The notes under the pieces were generated by a model. That model made no database searches and had not been told where the DNA came from. It saw nothing but the letters and a program-made list of their open reading frames with translations. Both the position numbers and the translations under genes were made by a program. A DNA stretch of 43,092 nt from Bacilli bacterium (GTDB taxonomy: Bacteria; Bacillota_I; Bacilli_A; RFN20; CAG-826), in assembly GCA_041669225.1 (NCBI GenBank), contig JBAYBO010000001.1, positions 1 to 43,092 on the forward strand. Reading direction: 5' to 3'. Below are positions 34,697-42,189 of the stretch, piece after piece; within the stretch, counting starts at the first letter, position 1; each line of letters begins with the position of its first letter.

Positions 34697-35671
34697 TCAT
34701 TTTGCTAAGCGGAAGGCACGAGATAACGCCGAGATTCGCTTGGACATTACCTTTTGAACGAGCTTTTTGCCTTGCATAATATCAAAAGCATGAAACGCTC
34801 CTTCAATATAATTAAGTTCGACTTTAATACCGTTATTTTCAAGTTTCTTGGCATACTCAATGGCCTCATCGCGAAGGCAATCGTACTGACTTGGTTCGAT
34901 ATATGCGGGTGGGAGATTTTCGAAACAAGTTGAAACCGAAGGAGAAGCATATGAAAGCATGCCAAAATGACCATCTTGAAGATAAATTTTCCACATTTGC
35001 TTATTAAGCAAAGAATTCCATCCTGGTGCATCGAAATATTTTTTTATCGAGGCTGTTTTCTGTCGGTGATCAAGGGCTGGATAAATTAACATCTGAAAGC
35101 AGATTTTTGGACCTGAACGGTCACGGCTCATGTGTGTCATTGCCGCGGCAAGACCGCCACCGGCACTATCACCAGCAACCGCGATGCGATTTTTATCGAT
35201 GCCAAGACGTTTAGCGTTTCGGCAAACCCATAACAGGGCCGAATAACAATCTTCCACCGGATAAGGAAAAGAATATTTGGGAGCAAGCCGATAATGAACA
35301 AAAATAACTTTGGCCTTAGCTCCGTCTGCGTAGTCGCGGCTAACTTTATGATGATGACTCGCTTCTCGAATCATGAAACCGCCTCCATGTAAATACAAAA
35401 TGGCGGGGGCTTTTTCCTTTTCTATGTTTTTTGGCTCATAAATCGTTAACCGGATGGTTTTTCCGTCATAAGAGCGGATTCGTTTTTTGATCGTCCTAAC
35501 ACGCAGGTCAAGAACCGGGGCTTGTGTTGTAATCGCGGCGCCAGTATTACTCAGAGCAATTTTAACAGGCGTAATTTTTATCGAACCTAAAGTCATGAAG
35601 CGGGCGTAATCCTTCAACTCATCGGCAATCTGATATTTCTTATTCCAGGCGTCTGATACAATAGGTGCCAT
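34697..35671 (-). CDS. Alpha/beta-hydrolase fold-3 esterase/lipase (hormone-sensitive-lipase family)
   Basis: HGGGF oxyanion motif, GDSAGGG nucleophile elbow, and late Asp/His (CLRDE, FHAFD). A GAGGAA SD lies upstream. Confidence 0.85.
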   Translation of the reverse strand: MAPIVSDAWNKKYQIADELKDYARFMTLGSIKITPVKIALSNTGAAITTQAPVLDLRVRTIKKRIRSYDGKTIRLTIYEPKNIEKEKAPAILYLHGGGFMIREASHHHKVSRDYADGAKAKVIFVHYRLAPKYSFPYPVEDCYSALLWVCRNAKRLGIDKNRIAVAGDSAGGGLAAAMTHMSRDRSGPKICFQMLIYPALDHRQKTASIKKYFDAPGWNSLLNKQMWKIYLQDGHFGMLSYASPSVSTCFENLPPAYIEPSQYDCLRDEAIEYAKKLENNGIKVELNYIEGAFHAFDIMQGKKLVQKVMSKRISALSRAFRLAK

Positions 35672-35712
35672 AATTTCCTCTTACTATTTAGATTAGTCTC
35701 AATTCACCTTAT

Positions 35713-35721
35713 ATTTTACCA
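35713..35721 (-). promoter_or_regulatory. Candidate extended -10 (TGgTAAAAT) for the esterase-led cluster
   Basis: On the minus strand, TGGTAAAAT lies about 40 nt upstream of ATG 35671. The -35 is weak. Confidence 0.35.
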
Positions 35722-35758
35722 TGTTTATTAGTGAAAATATGGTTCGTTATCAAAGTTA

Positions 35759-35786
35759 TTGAAAAAGATTTAAAAAGGACTAAGAT
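35759..35786 (+). promoter_or_regulatory. Candidate promoter of the ArsB/NhaD-type permease gene
   Basis: TTGAAA (35759-35764), a 16-nt spacer, then TAAGAT (35781-35786). The predicted leader contains a small CCGAT...ATCGG hairpin. Confidence 0.35.
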
Positions 35787-35831
35787 TTATCTTACCGATG
35801 AAAAAGATCGGCTAAATAGTGGGTGCAAATT

Positions 35832-37136
35832 ATGGCATGGACAATTGCCTTATCGCTTCTTACAATCTTCACCATGATTGGCGCTTCATTGTTTAAGCCT
35901 AATCTAAAAATTCACAAATTAAGTATTAATACTTATTGGATAATTCCTTCGCTTGGTGCACTAATTTTATTAAGCGCCAGTCTAATAACGTTTCCTGAAA
36001 TACTTGCGGGTCTAACTGCCGACACGACAATTAATCCTTTAAAAATTTTGGCACTATTCTTATCAATGACACTCATGTCAATTTTTCTTGATGAAGTTGG
36101 CCTTTTCCGTTTCTTGGCAACTTACGCCCTCAAGAAAGCTAAAATTAATCAATTGACGATGTTCATTACTCTTTATGCTCTCGTCTCATTTCTAACAATT
36201 TTTACGAGCAACGACATTATTATCTTAACTTTTACGCCCTTTATTTGTTACTTTGCGAAACGCGCCAAGATTGATCCTATTCCATATTTGTTTGCTAGTT
36301 TTGTGGCGGCAAACACCTGGAGCATGATGTTGATCATCGGTAACCCCACGAATATTTACTTGGCATCAAGTCATGGCATTTTGTTTTTGGAATACGCCAA
36401 GGTTATGATTCTTCCTACAATTTTCGCTAGTCTTACATCTTTCGGGGTCCTTCTTTTAATCTTTCAAAAGAAACTGTCATCGCCGATTAGTGAGGAGGTG
36501 GAAACTGCGGCAATTAAAGATAAATTCATGTTATTCACGGGTTTGATTGCTTTGGGTGGTTGTACTTTCCTTCTAACGATATCCAATTATATTGAGCTTG
36601 ACATGTACCTTATTACGCTGATTTTTGCGACTTCTTTATTGGTTGTCATTTTATTATATAAAGCATTTAAAAAATCAAAACCGACCGAAGTAGCAATGAC
36701 CTTGCGCCGGCTTCCTTGGGATTTGATCCCTTTTATTATTTCGATGTTTGTTATTGTCTTGGCGCTTGATAAGCATGGGGCAACAAGATTCCTTGCTTCC
36801 TTCTTTTCTAATTCGCAACCGATTGTAAAATATGGTATTTCTTCATTTTTGATTGCGAACTTTATCAATAACATTCCCATGAGTGTTCTTTATTCCTCAG
36901 TAACTTCTTATGCCTCAAGTATCGTTACCACTGAAGCCGTTTATGCTTCGATTGTCGGAAGCAACCTTGGCGCGTTTTTAACTCCCATGGGCGCCTTAGC
37001 AGGAATGATGTGGATGGGATTATTAAAAAGCCATGGGGTTACGTTTTCATTCTTAAGTTTCGTGAAATATGGCGTCTTGCCCGCCTTTGTCGCTTTGGCA
37101 GCGGCCTTGCTCGGACTATTTATTGTTTTTATATAA
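35832..37136 (+). CDS. ArsB/NhaD-superfamily anion permease (citrate-transporter-like)
   Basis: About 12 TM helices and the IIGNPTN motif typical of ArsB/NhaD-type permeases. ATG 35832 is preferred over GTG 35823. Confidence 0.7.
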   Translation: MAWTIALSLLTIFTMIGASLFKPNLKIHKLSINTYWIIPSLGALILLSASLITFPEILAGLTADTTINPLKILALFLSMTLMSIFLDEVGLFRFLATYALKKAKINQLTMFITLYALVSFLTIFTSNDIIILTFTPFICYFAKRAKIDPIPYLFASFVAANTWSMMLIIGNPTNIYLASSHGILFLEYAKVMILPTIFASLTSFGVLLLIFQKKLSSPISEEVETAAIKDKFMLFTGLIALGGCTFLLTISNYIELDMYLITLIFATSLLVVILLYKAFKKSKPTEVAMTLRRLPWDLIPFIISMFVIVLALDKHGATRFLASFFSNSQPIVKYGISSFLIANFINNIPMSVLYSSVTSYASSIVTTEAVYASIVGSNLGAFLTPMGALAGMMWMGLLKSHGVTFSFLSFVKYGVLPAFVALAAALLGLFIVFI

Positions 37137-37139
37137 GAA

Positions 37140-37168
37140 AATGAGGATAACCTCATTCTTTAATTTTT
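37140..37168. terminator. Bidirectional Rho-independent terminator
   Basis: AATGAGG-ATAA-CCTCATT hairpin (37140-37157). It is followed by CTTTAATTTTT on the plus strand and by TTTCTTAT on the minus strand. It overlaps the stop codon of the convergent kinase gene. Confidence 0.7.
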
Positions 37169-37614
37169 GTAATTTGATTGTAAGAGGCAATAACTTCTTT
37201 AGAAGGCTTTTCGAACGAATCCTTCATGACCAGCATATCCTCATACGGAATCGTTAGATGGCGTTTTTCATTTCGTTCTAAGCAAACTTCAAACGGAATA
37301 TCAAAATAGACAAGCTCAATATTATTAAAAAGGTCGCGGAATATTTTTGCCCATCTCAGACGGCGAATATTCGCCGTCGCTGAAGAATCAGCAATAATCG
37401 TTGCATGCATTTTCGCTTTTTCCCGCACCAAACATTCAAACCTTTCCCAAACAACGTCTTCTTTAGAAAAGTCATCAACGCGACCAAAAAGTTCAAGTCG
37501 AACCTCATCGCTTGCGACAATAAAAGTATCAGGATGCTCTTTTAAATACTTCGCGGCATAAGTGCTCTTGCCCGAACCGGGTATTCCTGAAAGTACGATT
37601 AGCTTCTTTTCCAT
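37153..37614 (-). CDS. Stand-alone P-loop kinase resembling the kinase module of polynucleotide 5'-kinase (copy B)
   Basis: 153 aa. GIPGSGKST (K16/S17), SDEVR (D36, R39), IIADSS and ERNEKRHLTIP. Paralogue of 37599..38084. Confidence 0.7.
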   Translation of the reverse strand: MEKKLIVLSGIPGSGKSTYAAKYLKEHPDTFIVASDEVRLELFGRVDDFSKEDVVWERFECLVREKAKMHATIIADSSATANIRRLRWAKIFRDLFNNIELVYFDIPFEVCLERNEKRHLTIPYEDMLVMKDSFEKPSKEVIASYNQITKIKE

Positions 37615-38084
37615 GTATCCTTGTCTTCTTCTTTGATGACGATAATTGAGTCAAAACTATTATTCACTTCTTCATTTGGCTCTTCAAGCAGTTTAAACAT
37701 GCCGGCCATCGGGTTTAATGGAACTATTCGTTCGCGATTGATGTTTCTTTCCCAGCAAACAGCAAAAGGCATATCAAAATAGACAAGCTCAATTTTATCG
37801 AAAAAAGCTCGAAAAGCGTTATACCATTTCATGCGTAAGGTATTTGTTAAAGCTGTTGAATCAGCAATGACGATTTCATTTTCTTTTGTTGCGTTCTTAA
37901 CCCAATTTTCAAACTCTTGCCAAACAAGCGTTTCCTGTGATCCGTCACACGTATTTCCGGTCACAGATTTACGAACGACATCGCTTGAAACAACAGCGAC
38001 TTTCGGCAAAATATTTTGAACGCCTAAAGCATAAGTCGTTTTGCCTGATCCGGGAATGCCGGACAGGATAATTAGTTTAGTCAT
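37599..38084 (-). CDS. Stand-alone P-loop kinase resembling the kinase module of polynucleotide 5'-kinase (copy A)
   Basis: 161 aa. GIPGSGKTT (K15/T16), SDVVR (D35, R38), VIADST and ERNINRERIVP. A GGTGAGG SD lies upstream. The 3' end overlaps copy B by 16 nt. Confidence 0.7.
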   Translation of the reverse strand: MTKLIILSGIPGSGKTTYALGVQNILPKVAVVSSDVVRKSVTGNTCDGSQETLVWQEFENWVKNATKENEIVIADSTALTNTLRMKWYNAFRAFFDKIELVYFDMPFAVCWERNINRERIVPLNPMAGMFKLLEEPNEEVNNSFDSIIVIKEEDKDTWKRS

Positions 38085-38169
38085 GATTATACCTCACCAT
38101 CATAAATGATGGATATCAACAATAAATACCATACCAAATGTAAATTTGTTTCTCAATAGCGGAATATAA

Positions 38170-38886
38170 TTATGCTTTATTAATCGGCTTTTTTTGTTGC
38201 TTGCGTTTATTAACAAAATGAAAAATAAGAACAGCAATAACGCTAATTATGGCTGTGCCGAAAAAGACGCTTAACGAAATCCATAGGTTATCTTCAACGA
38301 GATAGTGACCAACGATTGTCGAAGAGATAATTTTTGGAATACGTGCAAGTGTAGAAAGAAGTAGAAACTTCCAAAATTTTATTTTTAGAGTCGGGGCAAA
38401 ATAAGTCGCGGTGTCCACCGGTAATCCCACAACTAAATAAACAACAAAAACACCAAGTGCCACCTTTTTCTCGTCTTGAAGAAAAGCATATTTTTCAAAA
38501 TAGTTCCTTTTGATAAAAAGCTTCACAAATGGTATACCCACCCATTTGGCAAGATAATAGGCGACAGTCGTTCCGGCAACCACACCGATGAGGGCAATCG
38601 CCAAACCGAGAAACGGACCATAAGCCATTCCTAGAAAGAGTTCGACGACTTCTCCAGGCAGGATGGAGATAACAACTTGAGTAAATTGAATGAGGAAAGC
38701 AAGTCCATAACCCAAAATTCCCAATTCGTTCATATCATCGCGCAGGGCCTGACGATTAGATACATCAAGCAATGAATAGAAGAAGTTAAAATAAGCGATA
38801 AAAAAACCAAGAAGCGTGCCAAAAACAACTATAAAAGCAATAACTTTTATGATTGTCGCGCTTTTTTCTGATAGTGATATTTTCAC
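38170..38886 (-). CDS. TVP38/TMEM64-family (DedA-superfamily, SNARE-associated) membrane protein
   Basis: 238 aa with 5-6 TM helices and the core LPGEVVELFLGMAYGPFLG...AGTTVAYYLAKWVG. Confidence 0.75.
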   Translation of the reverse strand: MKISLSEKSATIIKVIAFIVVFGTLLGFFIAYFNFFYSLLDVSNRQALRDDMNELGILGYGLAFLIQFTQVVISILPGEVVELFLGMAYGPFLGLAIALIGVVAGTTVAYYLAKWVGIPFVKLFIKRNYFEKYAFLQDEKKVALGVFVVYLVVGLPVDTATYFAPTLKIKFWKFLLLSTLARIPKIISSTIVGHYLVEDNLWISLSVFFGTAIISVIAVLIFHFVNKRKQQKKPINKA

Positions 38887-38909
38887 GACGATATTATACC
38901 ATTTTAAAT

Positions 38910-39752
38910 TTACAAAATTGTTGTCTGCTCTTCGCTTTGTTTGCTGGTAGGATTAACAATGTCGTAGGCCATTGGCTTTCCATAAAATTCCTCGTATTTT
39001 TGAACGCATAGTGAATAATTCTCATCGCGTAAATAATCGACATTTTCCTTCACGCTTAAATTATCCTTTGGATAAATTGGGGGCATAATATGAACGGTAA
39101 CAACCTTGCTTTTGACGATTTTCGCCCGTAACCCTTTTGGGTCTGAGAAAGTTAAAAAGATAGGTATAACCGGAGCGTTTGAGGTCGCCGCAAAATGAAA
39201 CGCGCCATTGCGAAAGGGGCGCGGTTTCTCATACATCCACCACTCTGCTTCCTCAGGATAAAATAAGACGAAATTTCTTTTCTTAAGCAATTTATCAATC
39301 GCCTTGCGAAGATTGACCATCGCTCGGATATTCGCGCTTAAGGGCAATGCCCCTCCGGCTCTTAAACATTTTCCAAAAAACCCCTTTTTGTTGTTGAACT
39401 CGCCAACGACAATATATAGGCGATGGCCAAAAAGGGCGTTGCGAACCATTAGGTTGTCAAAGTTATTTACATGATTGCATGTCACAATCGCTGATTTGAT
39501 TTTCCGCAGATTTTTCCGACCTTTCACTTTCATATTAAAAGCGAGTCCATTGATGAAAATACCGACTAAAACCACTACAAAACGCATAATTAAATGAAAT
39601 ATGCATTCAAAAAAACGCGTACAAAGATGTCGATAGTTTTCATCAACTGGGTCGTAACTATCGGCATCAATAGGCTCAGCCGTGAAGTGAAAATCACCTC
39701 TTTGTTCGGCTTCGCGAATGCGCGTTAACAATTCTTCTTTTGGAAGTCCCAT
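38910..39752 (-). CDS. Lysophospholipid (PlsC-type) acyltransferase
   Basis: HX4D motif (CNHVNNFD), a downstream FYPEE block and one TM helix ahead of the catalytic domain. Confidence 0.75.
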   Translation of the reverse strand: MGLPKEELLTRIREAEQRGDFHFTAEPIDADSYDPVDENYRHLCTRFFECIFHLIMRFVVVLVGIFINGLAFNMKVKGRKNLRKIKSAIVTCNHVNNFDNLMVRNALFGHRLYIVVGEFNNKKGFFGKCLRAGGALPLSANIRAMVNLRKAIDKLLKKRNFVLFYPEEAEWWMYEKPRPFRNGAFHFAATSNAPVIPIFLTFSDPKGLRAKIVKSKVVTVHIMPPIYPKDNLSVKENVDYLRDENYSLCVQKYEEFYGKPMAYDIVNPTSKQSEEQTTIL

Positions 39753-39754
39753 TA

Positions 39755-41041
39755 CTATTTATCCTTTTTAGAAGTGTAGGCAATCCGATCGACATTATCC
39801 CATTCGAGATTATTTGTGGCCGTAAAGATTCGAATGAAAATCCAAACGAACTCAGCCAACACTAAAGGATTGAGAAAGATGACAGCAAGTGTTTCTAAAA
39901 CGCTCATCTTAATAGCTTTACGATCGACAACAAGAGTAAGGATGGTGAAGATGAAAAGCGCGCCATAAATCATGCCTATTGCGATAAGCGCAACTCTTAA
40001 TGCTGACCACCACAGGGGTTGGAAAAAGATAGCATAAGCTCCAGCAGCAAGAAGGCATACAATACCAAACACTAAACTGATACCAGCAAAAACAAAAACT
40101 GGCAAAAGCGAATAGAGGAAATCAAAATTCTTCCAAACAATTTTGCCTTCTCCAAACGTTTTTTTGACGATCGCTTTACGATATTTTTTATTGCATTGAG
40201 TGTATCCAGTTAGCCACCGCATCCGCCGCTTAAATGAAACGCGGTGTTCTACCGCTTCTTCGGTATAAACAATCGCGTGGCAATAGTACATAGATGAGTA
40301 TCCGCGTAAAAGACAGTCCATCATCATTTCATAATCTTCAGTCAAAGTGCGATAGGGCCATCCGCCCAAATCTTTGATAACATCAGCGCGGACCATCATT
40401 CCCGTGCCACACATGCTCACGGGAATGTCGTGCAACGTACGATGACGATTACCTAACTCATCGACCATTGCGTAAACAAGAGATGTGCAATTGCTAAATA
40501 GTGAGCGGTCGTCGCGATTCGGGGATTCCCAATTCTTGATGCGCTTTTTTCCAACAATGATTTGGCGATCGCTTGCTAAAGCGTTATTCATTTCCAAAAG
40601 AAAATCGGGATGAGCGAGATTGTCGGCATCAATAATGATAAATGCGTCATATTTATACGGAGTTTCCTTAAGTATCCTTTTTAAAGCACCATCGAGTGCT
40701 TCGCCCTTTCGCGTTTGATCGGGAACAACATGAATAATCGCAGCGACGGATTTTCTTGCCATCTCAATTGTCGGATCGCGCGAATCTTCGACGATAACAT
40801 GGACATCAAAGAGTGAGCGGTCATATGTTTGCATATTTAAAGAATCTAAAAGAGCTTGTATTGATTTGCTTTCGTTTTTCGCCGGCACCAAAACGGCCAA
40901 ACGATTCTTCGTTTCGTTTATTAGTTTCGGCTGTTTTTGAAAGGCCGCAAAATAATAGGCGATTCGCGGAATATATAGGATTAAGAGTAGAAGACAAACC
41001 AAAAGATAAATTCTTAATGCATTATCAATAATTATTTCCAT
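39755..41041 (-). CDS. Membrane-embedded family-2 glycosyltransferase of the synthase type
   Basis: 428 aa. One N-terminal TM helix, a GT-A domain (VPAKNES, IIIDADN, LTEDYE, KRRMRW resembling the Q(R/Q)xRW motif), then about 4 C-terminal TM helices. Confidence 0.8.
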   Translation of the reverse strand: MEIIIDNALRIYLLVCLLLLILYIPRIAYYFAAFQKQPKLINETKNRLAVLVPAKNESKSIQALLDSLNMQTYDRSLFDVHVIVEDSRDPTIEMARKSVAAIIHVVPDQTRKGEALDGALKRILKETPYKYDAFIIIDADNLAHPDFLLEMNNALASDRQIIVGKKRIKNWESPNRDDRSLFSNCTSLVYAMVDELGNRHRTLHDIPVSMCGTGMMVRADVIKDLGGWPYRTLTEDYEMMMDCLLRGYSSMYYCHAIVYTEEAVEHRVSFKRRMRWLTGYTQCNKKYRKAIVKKTFGEGKIVWKNFDFLYSLLPVFVFAGISLVFGIVCLLAAGAYAIFFQPLWWSALRVALIAIGMIYGALFIFTILTLVVDRKAIKMSVLETLAVIFLNPLVLAEFVWIFIRIFTATNNLEWDNVDRIAYTSKKDK

Positions 41042-41060
41042 TGTTTTTAACCTTTATTAC

Positions 41061-41462
41061 TTAACTTAAAATAGCACTTAAAAGAGCTTCCTGACCTTCA
41101 TGGGTATTCGATTTCGAAAGATCTTCGCGAAGACGCAGGAAGATTTCGCCAATATATTGGACGACATCTTTACCTTTATCAGTTAAAAAGATTTGACACT
41201 TACGTACGCTGTCGCAAGTCCGATCAATTAGATTCTTGTCTTTTAGTAATTTTAAAGCCCTTGTTGTAAGCGAAGCATCATTACTAGAAAGGGCATTCAA
41301 TTCTTTAATTCTAAGTTGTCCGTTATTTGCTAAAAGTAAGAGATAAGTCGTATGTTGCAAAGAAATACCCTGACTGCTTAGATCACGATTGACGGCATCC
41401 TTTAGTTGCTTGATGGTCCGTCGATACATGATAAACTTATCGTTCCATTCTTTCATATTCAT
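41061..41462 (-). CDS. MarR-family transcriptional regulator
   Basis: wHTH pattern (LQHTTYLLLLANNGQLRIKELNALSSNDASLTTRALKLLKDKNLIDR). ATG 41462 lies 7 nt after the GGGGGA SD. The ORF track starts at 41468. Confidence 0.8.
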   Translation of the reverse strand: MNMKEWNDKFIMYRRTIKQLKDAVNRDLSSQGISLQHTTYLLLLANNGQLRIKELNALSSNDASLTTRALKLLKDKNLIDRTCDSVRKCQIFLTDKGKDVVQYIGEIFLRLREDLSKSNTHEGQEALLSAILS

Positions 41463-41485
41463 AGTCATTCCCCCATGACTATCGC

Positions 41486-41514
41486 ATTTTATAATTTTTC
41501 ATTGACTAAGTCAA
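41486..41514 (-). promoter_or_regulatory. MarR-operon promoter with -35 embedded in palindrome TTGACT-N-AGTCAA (candidate MarR operator)
   Basis: On the minus strand, TTGACT (41514-41509), a 17-nt spacer, then TAAAAT (41491-41486). The 13-bp palindrome spans 41502-41514. Confidence 0.55.
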
Positions 41515-41542
41515 CGAATAATCATTTCGACCGCCATTCACC

Positions 41543-41562
41543 AAAAAAGACACTATGTGTCT
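41543..41562 (-). terminator. Rho-independent terminator of the glycosylase gene
   Basis: On the minus strand, an AGACAC-ATA-GTGTCT hairpin (41548-41562) is followed by TTTTTT (41543-41548). Confidence 0.7.
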
Positions 41563-41585
41563 ATTCTTATAAAAGCAAAAAAATA

Positions 41586-42113
41586 TTAAGTATTAATTGA
41601 AGACAAAACGTCGTGCAAAACAGCCTTCCACGCACTCACTAAATCATCAAGTTGCATCTTGGCGTTAGCTGGACTTGTGGAGGGGGCTTGTACGACCGGA
41701 ATATCAATATCGGAAAAGAAACGTATATATTCATGATAGGCTTTCGCGCCGTTACAAATTACTTTCTTTATTCTTGCCTTAGAAAATATTTCGTGGAGGT
41801 TAGAAGGTTTTACATCGCTAATCTTCGCGTCGCTTGAGCCAAGAATCTGACAATATCCAATTGAATCATGGAGAGCGAGATGGTGTTGAAGCAGCAGTTC
41901 CTTTTTCTTTTCCCAAGGAATACTAACAAAATCAGTTTCAAAAATCACACTCATCATTTTATAAAAACGATTGTTGGGATTCGCATAATAATAACCATCT
42001 GCCACCGCTTTTACCGAGGGGAAACTTCCAAGAATCAATACAGTTGAATTCTCATCATAAAGGAGGGGGAAGGGGTGGCTAAGAGAGCGGATTTTTGCTT
42101 TATTAACTGACAT
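41586..42113 (-). CDS. DNA-deoxyinosine (hypoxanthine) glycosylase, UDG superfamily
   Basis: ILGSFPS motif followed by YYANPNNRFY. 175 aa. Confidence 0.75.
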   Translation of the reverse strand: MSVNKAKIRSLSHPFPLLYDENSTVLILGSFPSVKAVADGYYYANPNNRFYKMMSVIFETDFVSIPWEKKKELLLQHHLALHDSIGYCQILGSSDAKISDVKPSNLHEIFSKARIKKVICNGAKAYHEYIRFFSDIDIPVVQAPSTSPANAKMQLDDLVSAWKAVLHDVLSSINT

Positions 42114-42120
42114 ATCACTA

Positions 42121-42129
42121 ATTATACCA
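42121..42129 (-). promoter_or_regulatory. Extended -10 (TGgTATAAT) 7 nt upstream of ATG 42113; leaderless candidate
   Basis: The minus strand reads TGGTATAAT-TAGTGAT-ATG. The only SD-like string (AAGGAGGA) is about 20 nt from the ATG and upstream of the -10. Confidence 0.4.
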
Positions 42130-42157
42130 ATATCCTCCTTATAAAATATGAAATATG

Positions 42158-42179
42158 AAAAAAACCGCTATTAAGCGGT
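42158..42179 (-). terminator. Terminator-like hairpin (minus-strand polarity) between divergent genes
   Basis: ACCGCT-TAAT-AGCGGT hairpin (42164-42179), followed on the minus strand by seven T (42158-42164). On the plus strand only CTTTAATT follows. Confidence 0.45.
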
Positions 42180-42189
42180 CTTTAATTAT

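Noticed and set aside
37153-38084. The P-loop pair as a zeta-toxin-like or other toxin-antitoxin module.
   Set aside because: The two proteins are paralogues of each other rather than a toxin plus a small antitoxin. Both retain the Pnk-type K/S(T)...D-x-x-R...R constellation, and no small DNA-binding partner is present.
38097-38112. CCATCA-TAAA-TGATGG hairpin between the TVP38 gene and the kinase pair as a terminator.
   Set aside because: On the minus strand it is followed by GAGGTATAATC with no U-tract. Its 3' arm overlaps the kinase SD (GGTGAGG). It is a short 6-bp stem and was not reported as a feature.
42131-42140. AAGGAGGA on the minus strand as the SD of the glycosylase gene.
   Set aside because: It lies about 20 nt upstream of ATG 42113, well beyond functional SD spacing, and upstream of the TGgTATAAT -10 element. 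No in-frame canonical start lies closer to it.
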